DNA of 47,470 nucleotides. Origin: a virus (taxonomy: Duplodnaviria > Caudoviricetes). Below are positions 9,216 to 15,332 of the stretch, in pieces. The stretch is from positions 1 through 47,470 of IMG/VR virus record IMGVR_UViG_3300032247_001328; one strand, given 5' to 3'. The first letter of the stretch is position 1, and each line of letters starts with the position of its first letter. The position numbers and the translations under genes are program-made. A model generated the notes under the pieces. It saw only the letters and a program-made list of their open reading frames with translations. It did not search any database and had not been told where the DNA came from.

Positions 9216-10119
9216 AGTTGAGCAATAAGGACAACACATCGTTATCAATGGTAGCACCACTTCCAACGTACTTGCTTTCCAAACGAGCGTTGTCTCGGTT
9301 CGGGATTGGCATAACGTGTGAGGTGTAGTGAGTAACTCCGCTGAACAATCCCCAAAGGGTTTCGCCCTTCTGATTAATCTCGGTGGCGATGGATTCGGTT
9401 AACTGCTTGGCTCTGTTCTCAGCGTACTTTGAGACATCGTTCTTGGTAGTGCTAATGTCAACTCCCGTTACCTCCTTAACAACCTTGACAATGTTGTCCT
9501 TGGTTACTGCAATCTCGGACAACTTGAGAAATTGGTCGAAGATAGCCTTCTCTTGCTTGGCAACCACACCCATTTCCTTGAGGGAAATTTCCACTCTGTC
9601 CTTGATGGAAGAGGTGTGCCTTGCTGAGGTCTGTAAAGCCTTCTTGGCACTCGCAAAGGTATTCTTGCAACAGATGGTGATGTTAACCGAACCCCACTTC
9701 AAAGAGGTCGTTCCATCGTGACCATTAATACCCGTTACGTAACCTTGAACCCTTGTACGATTCTTGCCCAAGTCGTTCAACTCATTACCCGTGGCTAGTT
9801 GAAGGAAGACCTTCCCACCGCCATTGAACTCTCCGCCCGAGTGGATGGTGTAACCCGTCTTTTCTGAGATACGGATTAATAATTCGGCAAGTTCAGAATT
9901 CTGATAAGGCGTGTACCCATCCTTGCAGGTCTGCAAGGTTTGGAGGTTGTCCATCCTTACCACCGCCTTGTAAGGAGTTTCCGTGCCATCGGATAAGAAT
10001 AGGGGTTGTTTTTCAACGTCCCATCTCAATCCAAATTTGTCCAATAAATCTGCTACCGCTTCCGTGTTCTTAGGGTCTGCAACTTGCAACCCACTAAATG
10101 CTGACTTTAAAATATCCAT
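9214..10119 (-). CDS. DUF932-family protein (301 aa)
   Basis: YTPYQN, GGGKVF, NGHDGTTS, ICCKN and TLWGLFSGVTHY; start MDILK follows element E2 (the track's extension to 10164 runs through the element). Confidence 0.88.
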   Translation of the reverse strand: MDILKSAFSGLQVADPKNTEAVADLLDKFGLRWDVEKQPLFLSDGTETPYKAVVRMDNLQTLQTCKDGYTPYQNSELAELLIRISEKTGYTIHSGGEFNGGGKVFLQLATGNELNDLGKNRTRVQGYVTGINGHDGTTSLKWGSVNITICCKNTFASAKKALQTSARHTSSIKDRVEISLKEMGVVAKQEKAIFDQFLKLSEIAVTKDNIVKVVKEVTGVDISTTKNDVSKYAENRAKQLTESIATEINQKGETLWGLFSGVTHYTSHVMPIPNRDNARLESKYVGSGATIDNDVLSLLLN

Positions 10120-10134
10120 AGTTAAAAAATTTAG

Positions 10135-10175
10135 CACCCATTCGCAATCGAATGCCACGGCCAAACCGATGGGTG
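10135..10175 (-). ncRNA. tRNA-like element E2 (class II, with mini D-stem)
   Basis: CACCCAT-CGG TTTGG CCG-TG-GCA TTCGAT TGC-GA-ATGGGTG-CTAAA. Confidence 0.75.
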
Positions 10176-10181
10176 TGATAC

Positions 10182-10361
10182 TTACAAAGACCTAATAGCG
10201 TCATCAATTACGCTCCAATTTATACCAACATTTGCATCGTGGTTTATTTTTAAGTAATGCAAAACACCTATTGCTTGAATAAGCGTTATTTTTATTCCAA
10301 TAACATCTGCCCTATCTTGTATGTCTTCCGTAGTCCATGTAACCGAAATTGAATCTATCAT
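10182..10361 (-). CDS. Early hypothetical protein (59 aa)
   Basis: MIDSISVTWTTEDIQ...HDANVGINWSVI; start follows E3. Confidence 0.7.
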   Translation of the reverse strand: MIDSISVTWTTEDIQDRADVIGIKITLIQAIGVLHYLKINHDANVGINWSVIDDAIRSL

Positions 10362-10375
10362 TGTAAAAAATTTAG

Positions 10376-10417
10376 ACCCTAGTGTGGAGTCGAACCACAC
10401 TATTGACCATCTAGGGT
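10376..10417 (-). ncRNA. tRNA-like element E3
   Basis: ACCCTAG-ATGG-TCAATAG-TGTGG-TTCGACT-CCACA-CTAGGGT-CTAAA. Confidence 0.8.
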
Positions 10418-10614
10418 TAAATGCTCGCAATGTCCGAGCAGAAAGAAAGGTAATCAATCATACAATCGTGTTCGCTCTTGTCTTCCACATTGTAGGGCGA
10501 AGCGATAAAATCCTCAAAGCTTTGGCATACTTCTGTATGCAGAAGGTCGTAGGGGATTTCTGATGGAAAATAAAGGTCGTACAACTTACTGAACAAAAAA
10601 AATGAATAACTCAT
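10417..10614 (-). CDS. Early acidic hypothetical protein
   Basis: MSYSFFLFSKLY... after an AT-rich leader. Confidence 0.65.
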   Translation of the reverse strand: MSYSFFLFSKLYDLYFPSEIPYDLLHTEVCQSFEDFIASPYNVEDKSEHDCMIDYLSFCSDIASI

Positions 10615-10625
10615 AAAATTTAAAT

Positions 10626-10934
10626 TTAATAAAACAATCCCCAAGAAAGGGTTACATCTACTGGGTTAAAATAATTTTCCGCTTTGCCCATTGTCCATCC
10701 AACCAATGGTGTGCAGGTTTCCCACAAAACTTGGTTGTGTTCTACTTTGTAGATGGAAACGGATGGCACTTGGTCTGCTGAATCTTGGTGATAATTAACA
10801 TCGAACACCTCTCCATCGTGTTCAAATGAATGCCAAAATTCACCAATGTCCCCATCATTTAGGTCGAATACATAGTCCTTGGAATCTGCAAAGATTGTCA
10901 TCTCTGCCTTGTTGTAATTGATGTAGTATACCAT
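10626..10934 (-). CDS. Early hypothetical protein
   Basis: Start follows E4. Confidence 0.7.
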   Translation of the reverse strand: MVYYINYNKAEMTIFADSKDYVFDLNDGDIGEFWHSFEHDGEVFDVNYHQDSADQVPSVSIYKVEHNQVLWETCTPLVGWTMGKAENYFNPVDVTLSWGLFY

Positions 10935-10949
10935 TGTGAAAAATTTAGC

Positions 10950-10990
10950 AACTGCTGAAGGAGTCGAACCCTCATACGACCATCGCAGTT
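10950..10990 (-). ncRNA. tRNA-like element E4
   Basis: AACTGC-GATGG-TCGTA-TGAGGG-TTCGACT-CCTTCA-GCAGTT-G-CTAAA. Confidence 0.8.
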
Positions 10991-10998
10991 CGGGGGAA

Positions 10999-11226
10999 CT
11001 AACCCCAAGAACCCCAAGATAGGCTCTCTGAGTCGTTTAAATCGCACGCAATCTCAATATTATGCAGATTGCAGAAGGCATCATCAGATGTATGTGTTTT
11101 ACGCTTAAAAATCTCTTCCAAATTGTTTTCAGTTATAAACTGATTGATTACATCAAGGTCTTCCTTAATCATCTTAATACGATGCTCTAGTTGTTGGGTG
11201 TAGTTGAGTTGTTTTGGATTGCTCAT
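10999..11226 (-). CDS. Early hypothetical protein
   Basis: ATGA-coupled ORF. Confidence 0.65.
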   Translation of the reverse strand: MSNPKQLNYTQQLEHRIKMIKEDLDVINQFITENNLEEIFKRKTHTSDDAFCNLHNIEIACDLNDSESLSWGSWG

Positions 11227-11429
11227 TTTTTGTAGTTTATGGTGATTAAATAGCCATTAATTTCTTCACCATCGTTAATCATATCGATTAACTGCTTAAG
11301 GGTGATAAGGACGCATCCTGCATCTCCAAAGGTGGCAGAAATGGTATCAGCATTAAAGGTCGAATTGTTGTGGACGTTGTAAGGTCTTGCTGAGACCTCA
11401 TCCCTAAAAATCATTACTAGTTTCTCCAT
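11223..11429 (-). CDS. Early hypothetical protein
   Basis: Likely start MEKLVMIF. Confidence 0.55.
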   Translation of the reverse strand: MEKLVMIFRDEVSARPYNVHNNSTFNADTISATFGDAGCVLITLKQLIDMINDGEEINGYLITINYKK

Positions 11430-11547
11430 CGGTAATTTTTTTAATTTGTTCGCAATACTCGTCATAAAGTTCACGTGCTTGTTGTTTCAGTTCAAGGATA
11501 TAGATAGTTTCAACAACTATAATACCTCCAAGAACAATTATACACAT
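11404..11547 (-). CDS. Small membrane-anchored protein (47 aa)
   Basis: MCIIVLGGIIVVETIYILELKQQARELYDEYCEQIKKITDGETSNDF*; TGATG-coupled to the upstream gene. Confidence 0.5.
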   Translation of the reverse strand: MCIIVLGGIIVVETIYILELKQQARELYDEYCEQIKKITDGETSNDF

Positions 11548-11732
11548 CAGCACGACCACCAAATTTTGTGGAGTTCAATTATACATTTCCTCACTAGCTT
11601 GATGGAAGCTTTATCGCCATCTCTGATGGCATCGATTAACTTGGCATCGTCCAATGTGATGCCTATTTTTTTGCCGTAGTACATTATGTCTACGTTCCAA
11701 TGTCCGTACCCTTTGGGCGTGATTTCTATCAT
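11547..11732 (-). CDS. Early hypothetical protein (61 aa)
   Basis: MIEITPKGYGHWNV...; start follows E5. Confidence 0.7.
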   Translation of the reverse strand: MIEITPKGYGHWNVDIMYYGKKIGITLDDAKLIDAIRDGDKASIKLVRKCIIELHKIWWSC

Positions 11733-11777
11733 AGTTAATAATTTACAAAGTAAAGGGCGGAATTTCACCGCCCGATT
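11730..11777 (-). repeat. Element E5 (class III hairpin GGGCGG-TGAAATT-CCGCCC plus T-rich tail); direct repeat of 13218-13265
   Basis: 47/48 nt identical to E8, running up to the ATG of the downstream gene. Confidence 0.85.
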
Positions 11778-11779
11778 GT

Positions 11780-12238
11780 CTAAGGGTTTGCTTCAACGTA
11801 AGCCTTTTTGATGTCATCGTAGGCATTCTCTAATGCCTTTTTAATATCTCTTGCACTTGAATTACCACGCTCAATACCAATACTATAAATAAAGTCAATA
11901 CCATACTCTTTATTGTGTGTTGTCCAAAAACGATACTTTAAGTAAATCTCTCTTTTACCAATACTTAAAACAAGAAAATTGTCACCATAACTGCCATATA
12001 GTGTCACCTTAAATCCTAATGGGTTTAAAGTTTCTTGAGCAATTTTTTGGTCAATTATTAATTGCTCTTGTAACAACTTTCTAAAGTTGTCATCAGACTT
12101 TTTACAATTTTCAACGAATGCCTTACGTTTTTCGTTGAATTCCTTAATACCCATAAAATCTGTAGGGGTCAATTTGTTGTGCTCTAAGAAACACTCTTTA
12201 AGATTGTTGATAATCTTCTATTGCTTTTCTGTTAACAT
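11780..12238 (-). pseudogene. Early gene interrupted by an in-frame TAG at codon 7 (or read through)
   Basis: ATG at 12238 after the E6 leader reads MLTEKQ*KIINNLKECFLEHNKLTPTDFM..., in frame with ORF 11780-12172. Confidence 0.7.
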
Positions 12239-12252
12239 AGTAAATAATTTAG

Positions 12253-12295
12253 GAACTGCCGATGGAATCGAACCATCGTGCAACCATTGCAGTTC
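12253..12295 (-). ncRNA. tRNA-like element E6
   Basis: GAACTGC-AATGG-TTGCA-CGATGG-TTCGATT-CCATCG-GCAGTTC-CTAAA. Confidence 0.82.
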
Positions 12296-12302
12296 GGGGG
12301 AA

Positions 12303-12731
12303 TTAGAGTAGGATGAATTGATAGTCGTAATCTCCCTTATATGCAGAGATAAAACAACTACCTTCCTCGAACTCTATTTCCTCTTCGGGGTCGGCTTGGG
12401 CGATTGCCTCATTGAGGAGAACATTAAACTCTTCTGTAGGGAGAATTTCTGCGTGATTGATATTTGTGAGAATAACAATCCCATAAGAGTTGGGCTTAAT
12501 TTCTAAGGCTTGCCACGACCCTTGGTCATTGTTAAATTGATAACTGAAGTTACAATCAGACAATTCTGATGAATCGTCATTGTCTTCATTCAGAAGGATA
12601 TCGCTCACTGCGAACTTGCTAACCAAGAAGGAATCCCTTTCCAAGGGTGTTGCGAACTCCTTAATACAATCTAGGACGTTCTGATATGAATAGCCTTCGC
12701 CATTCCAAGTTGAAATTATTGCGTACTTCAT
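12303..12731 (-). CDS. Early acidic hypothetical protein (142 aa)
   Basis: MKYAIISTWNGEGYS...; start follows E7. Confidence 0.75.
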   Translation of the reverse strand: MKYAIISTWNGEGYSYQNVLDCIKEFATPLERDSFLVSKFAVSDILLNEDNDDSSELSDCNFSYQFNNDQGSWQALEIKPNSYGIVILTNINHAEILPTEEFNVLLNEAIAQADPEEEIEFEEGSCFISAYKGDYDYQFILL

Positions 12732-12746
12732 AACTAAAAATTTTAG

Positions 12747-12787
12747 AACCCATTTGCAATCGAATGCCACGGCTAAACCGATGGGTT
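12747..12787 (-). ncRNA. tRNA-like element E7 (class II, paralog of E2)
   Basis: AACCCAT-CGG TTTAG CCG-TG-GCA TTCGAT TGC-AA-ATGGGTT-CTAAA. Confidence 0.75.
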
Positions 12788-12791
12788 TGGG

Positions 12792-12929
12792 TTAAAAGCC
12801 TATCGGACCTCTACCACCCTTAGAGGAAAGGTGGCGAGGTTTATAATACTTGCAATGTCCGACTTGAACATAACTTGCACAACTTGTGCAGAATAAACAA
12901 ATAAACACTAAAACGATTAACTTTTTCAT
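12792..12929 (-). CDS. Small predicted lipoprotein (45 aa)
   Basis: MKKLIVLVFICLFCTSC lipobox-like signal. Confidence 0.6.
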   Translation of the reverse strand: MKKLIVLVFICLFCTSCASYVQVGHCKYYKPRHLSSKGGRGPIGF

Positions 12930-13012
12930 AAACAATATTTATCCTGCACTAATCCAATAAGGATGCAGGCGATGATTAAATAAATAACTAGTCTAACAAG
13001 TGGTTTATTCAC
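12926..13012 (-). CDS. Small TM peptide (28 aa)
   Basis: GTG start: MNKPLVRLVIYLIIACILIGLVQDKYCL*; overlaps both neighbours. Confidence 0.4.
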   Translation of the reverse strand: MNKPLVRLVIYLIIACILIGLVQDKYCL

Positions 13013-13220
13013 ACGTAATTTTTTTGACCCAGTTTATTTCCCGAGCGGTTAACATTTGGTTTGCTTGCTTGTCGGCATCATCGCTATCGATGTCGATGCC
13101 GTGCTCTTCGCCCAAGTACTCTTCAAGGTAAGCCTTGAAAAAACGTTTGGCTGAAGCATCTGTTCTGAGGGCAATGGGAGGGGACATTTCCCCTTTAATA
13201 AACTCAATGAATATATGCAT
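13005..13220 (-). CDS. Early hypothetical protein (71 aa)
   Basis: MHIFIEFIKG...; start follows E8. Confidence 0.7.
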   Translation of the reverse strand: MHIFIEFIKGEMSPPIALRTDASAKRFFKAYLEEYLGEEHGIDIDSDDADKQANQMLTAREINWVKKITCE

Positions 13221-13265
13221 AGTTAATAATTTACAAATTAAAGGGCGGAATTTCACCGCCCGATT
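13218..13265 (-). repeat. Element E8 (class III hairpin); direct repeat of 11730-11777
   Basis: GGGCGG-TGAAATT-CCGCCC-TTTAATTTG. Confidence 0.85.
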
Positions 13266-13266
13266 T

Positions 13267-13485
13267 CTATTTCTGATGATTGCGACAAGCACCTTCCTTC
13301 GTTACCATTTGGCAAGGCTTACCGGCTTTCGTCATTTCCCCACACCGGTGGGCGTTGGGGTCGTGTATCCGGCAATAACCGGTTTCTTTGTTAACGAATG
13401 TTGACTTACAAGGCTCTCCCGACTTCGTTACACCCTTGCAGGGGGTGATTGACAATGTGATGGACAATACAATACTAAGAATCAT
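13267..13485 (-). CDS. Small protein with a hydrophobic N-terminus and two C-x2-TKxGxPC...CxxH zinc-finger-like repeats
   Basis: CKGVTKSGEPCK...YCRIH and CGEMTKAGKPCQ...ACRNH. Confidence 0.7.
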   Translation of the reverse strand: MILSIVLSITLSITPCKGVTKSGEPCKSTFVNKETGYCRIHDPNAHRCGEMTKAGKPCQMVTKEGACRNHQK

Positions 13486-13500
13486 AATAAAAAATTTAGA

Positions 13501-13541
13501 AACTAGGGGCGGAATCGAACCGCCCTGCATCCAATCTAGTT
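13501..13541 (-). ncRNA. tRNA-like element E9
   Basis: AACTAG-ATTGG-ATGCA-GGGCGG-TTCGATT-CCGCCC-CTAGTT-T-CTAAA. Confidence 0.82.
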
Positions 13542-13970
13542 AATCAAAAATGGTGTTCCACCTTCGTGGAAAGCATCGGGAGTGTACCACTGCCCTCCTA
13601 CCTTGTAGCCAAATTTCTGCTCTCCAAAGTAACACTGCTGAACTTTTTTGCCATCTCTCACAAATTCCTTGGTAATTGTGTATGGCTCATCACGAAGCAT
13701 CGCACCAACCAAGGGCAACCATTCGCCCGATGACATTTTAGCACGTTGACCCGACACCTCTAGTGCTGAATTGCTTATACGCTCAAACCATTCATCGGCA
13801 TCCGATTCGTTCTCGAATGGTAAGGTGAAGCAGTAGTACTGATTCAACTCAATGCCATTGTCTCCGAATTCTTCTTTCAATTCAACGACATACAATTTGC
13901 CGTTCAAAAACTCCGATTTATAAGCGTTACCACGCTCTAAAACATCTACTAACTTTTGAACATAATTCAT
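13536..13970 (-). CDS. Early hypothetical protein
   Basis: 144-aa ORF between E10 and E9. Confidence 0.75.
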   Translation of the reverse strand: MNYVQKLVDVLERGNAYKSEFLNGKLYVVELKEEFGDNGIELNQYYCFTLPFENESDADEWFERISNSALEVSGQRAKMSSGEWLPLVGAMLRDEPYTITKEFVRDGKKVQQCYFGEQKFGYKVGGQWYTPDAFHEGGTPFLIN

Positions 13971-13984
13971 AATAAAAAATTTAG

Positions 13985-14027
13985 GAGCTCCAAGCAGAAT
14001 CGAACTGCTTTGCGACCATCGGAGCTC
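13985..14027 (-). ncRNA. tRNA-like element E10
   Basis: GAGCTCC-GATGG-TCGCA-AAGCAG-TTCGATT-CTGCTT-GGAGCTC-CTAAA. Confidence 0.82.
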
Positions 14028-14033
14028 GGGGGA

Positions 14034-14387
14034 TTACAATCTAATCTCACATCCATTAGCTACATCCCAAATAGCTAATTGTTGGAAAGCCTTACCAATA
14101 TTCTTTGCAAATTTCAAATCAGAACAACAGATGCAAACATCTAGGTAGATGTATATGCCTTCGTACCAAGCACCGAAAAAAACATTGTCCGTTTCTAAAA
14201 CTTCCTTGTTTCTTTCAAGGAATGCAGAAATTTCAGTCTGCTTTTCTTCCCAAGACAATTCAACATCTATCTTGGTTTCTAGGTGCTTGAAGGGTGAAAC
14301 AATGTAACCTTCTGTTGGTTGTTCGCCCTTGGTGTTGATTGTTATACCACCATTCAATCTGTAACCTTCCATAATTTGTTCTAACAT
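14034..14387 (-). CDS. Early hypothetical phage protein
   Basis: GGIT...FGAWY...YLDV...QLAIWD pattern. Confidence 0.75.
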   Translation of the reverse strand: MLEQIMEGYRLNGGITINTKGEQPTEGYIVSPFKHLETKIDVELSWEEKQTEISAFLERNKEVLETDNVFFGAWYEGIYIYLDVCICCSDLKFAKNIGKAFQQLAIWDVANGCEIRL

Positions 14388-14403
14388 AAATAATAAATTT
14401 AGT

Positions 14404-14444
14404 TACTAGAGGGGGAATCGAACCCCCTTACATCCAATCTAGTA
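14404..14444 (-). ncRNA. tRNA-like element E11
   Basis: TACTAG-ATTGG-ATGTA-AGGGGG-TTCGATT-CCCCCT-CTAGTA-A-CTAAA. Confidence 0.82.
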
Positions 14445-14675
14445 TAAGGCTTTCTCAATCTGTGCAACTTCTCTTTTAGGTAACTCGCTACATACTTCTA
14501 AGTATGTATCGAATAACTTTTCGCACATTCTGTTTGCAATTCGATAGCTCGTTTTGTCGTCTGAGCTATCTGCCTTATCTCTTACATCGTTAAGATGATT
14601 GTAGTTTAACAACGTCCTAACTGCTTTGTTAACTTTGCTTTGATACTTCTTGTTGATTGCCTTAATCGTTATCAT
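14439..14675 (-). CDS. First early gene, hypothetical
   Basis: 78-aa ORF after E12. Confidence 0.75.
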   Translation of the reverse strand: MITIKAINKKYQSKVNKAVRTLLNYNHLNDVRDKADSSDDKTSYRIANRMCEKLFDTYLEVCSELPKREVAQIEKALY

Positions 14676-14689
14676 ATTTAAAATTTAAG

Positions 14690-14748
14690 TTCCCTAGGGC
14701 GGAATCGAACCGCCTTGCAAACCGAAATTTGCAAACCAATCTAGGGAA
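14690..14748 (-). ncRNA. tRNA-like element E12, with an extra arm
   Basis: TTCCCTAG-ATTGG-T-TTGCAAA TTTCGG TTTGCAA-GGCGG-TTCGATT-CCGCC-CTAGGGAA-CTTAAA. Confidence 0.8.
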
Positions 14749-14856
14749 TGTTTTATGACCCCCTTAGCCTCAGGACTACACTAACTATATGTGATAAATC
14801 TACTATATATGTGAGGGGGAAACCTACTCTTGAACCTTCCCTTCCATCGGCATCGA

Positions 14857-14882
14857 TTAATGAGCATCGCTTTACGGAGCGA
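14857..14882 (-). promoter_or_regulatory. Hairpin plus boxA-like site 2 (TCGCT-CCGTAA-AGCGA-TGCTCATTAA)
   Basis: One mismatch to rrn boxA TGCTCTTTAA. Confidence 0.5.
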
Positions 14883-14923
14883 CTCCAATGAGTAACTTTG
14901 GGGAGTAATTTCGGGGACAACAA

Positions 14924-14952
14924 GTGAAAGAGCGGTGAGACATCTGCGTCTC
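14924..14952 (-). promoter_or_regulatory. Hairpin plus boxA-like site 1 (GAGAC-GCAGAT-GTCTC-AC-CGCTCTTTCAC)
   Basis: Matches the boxA core (C/T)GCTCTT(T); about 25 nt after the predicted transcription start. Confidence 0.6.
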
Positions 14953-14962
14953 GATTACTTTG

Positions 14963-15015
14963 CAATATTACGGCGGGTTTTGATTCCCACCAAATTTTTT
15001 TAAAAATAATTTTTT
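14963..15015 (-). promoter_or_regulatory. Early promoter for host sigmaA: -33 TTTG (14991-14994), 20-nt spacer, -7 TAATATTG (14963-14970), upstream A/T tract
   Basis: Bacteroidota TTTG-N19-21-TAnnTTTG consensus with one mismatch; heads the minus-strand operon. Confidence 0.75.
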
Positions 15016-15332
15016 TCGGGGATGGATGGAATGTGCTGAAAGCCTTTATGGTTAAGGATTACAGAAGATTAAAAAAATTTTAAAATATTTTTGAAAAAAC
15101 ACAGATTTGGACGGAAAAGGGCAAAAATTGTCAGTAGAATTAATTTTTGTGTGAAAGTAATAGTGTAGGCTAAAACGATTTAGAAACGCTGGGTCAAAAA
15201 ATTTGGATGGGATGAAAGAAAAACACTACTCAAATGCAGTGTGGCAAAGGGTTTGATGCCAAAATGTAAAGTAAACTTGACGTGCACCTGTTCTCAGGGT
15301 ATTGCAGTTCGGGGGACAATATATGTAGGGTG

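Noticed and set aside
10120-13530. N-terminal extensions in the ORF track (10164, 10457, 11768, 12770, 13292, 13530) with shared peptides such as MAFDC.WVL and KFRPL.CKLLTM
   Set aside because: These come from translating through the repeated RNA elements; the real starts are the ATGs after the CTAAATTT leaders.
9172-14748. Elements as genuine tRNA genes or a CRISPR array
   Set aside because: They are only 41-59 nt and lack a proper anticodon arm. The repeats are not identical, and they are separated by whole ORFs rather than ~30-nt spacers.
14893-14900. TAACTTTG on the + strand as an antisense promoter
   Set aside because: No matching -33 element or downstream gene; an 8-mer with two free positions arises by chance in AT-rich DNA.
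14753-14965. 70-aa minus-strand ORF
   Set aside because: Its TTG start lies inside the -7 promoter element, and the region is better explained as a structured leader.
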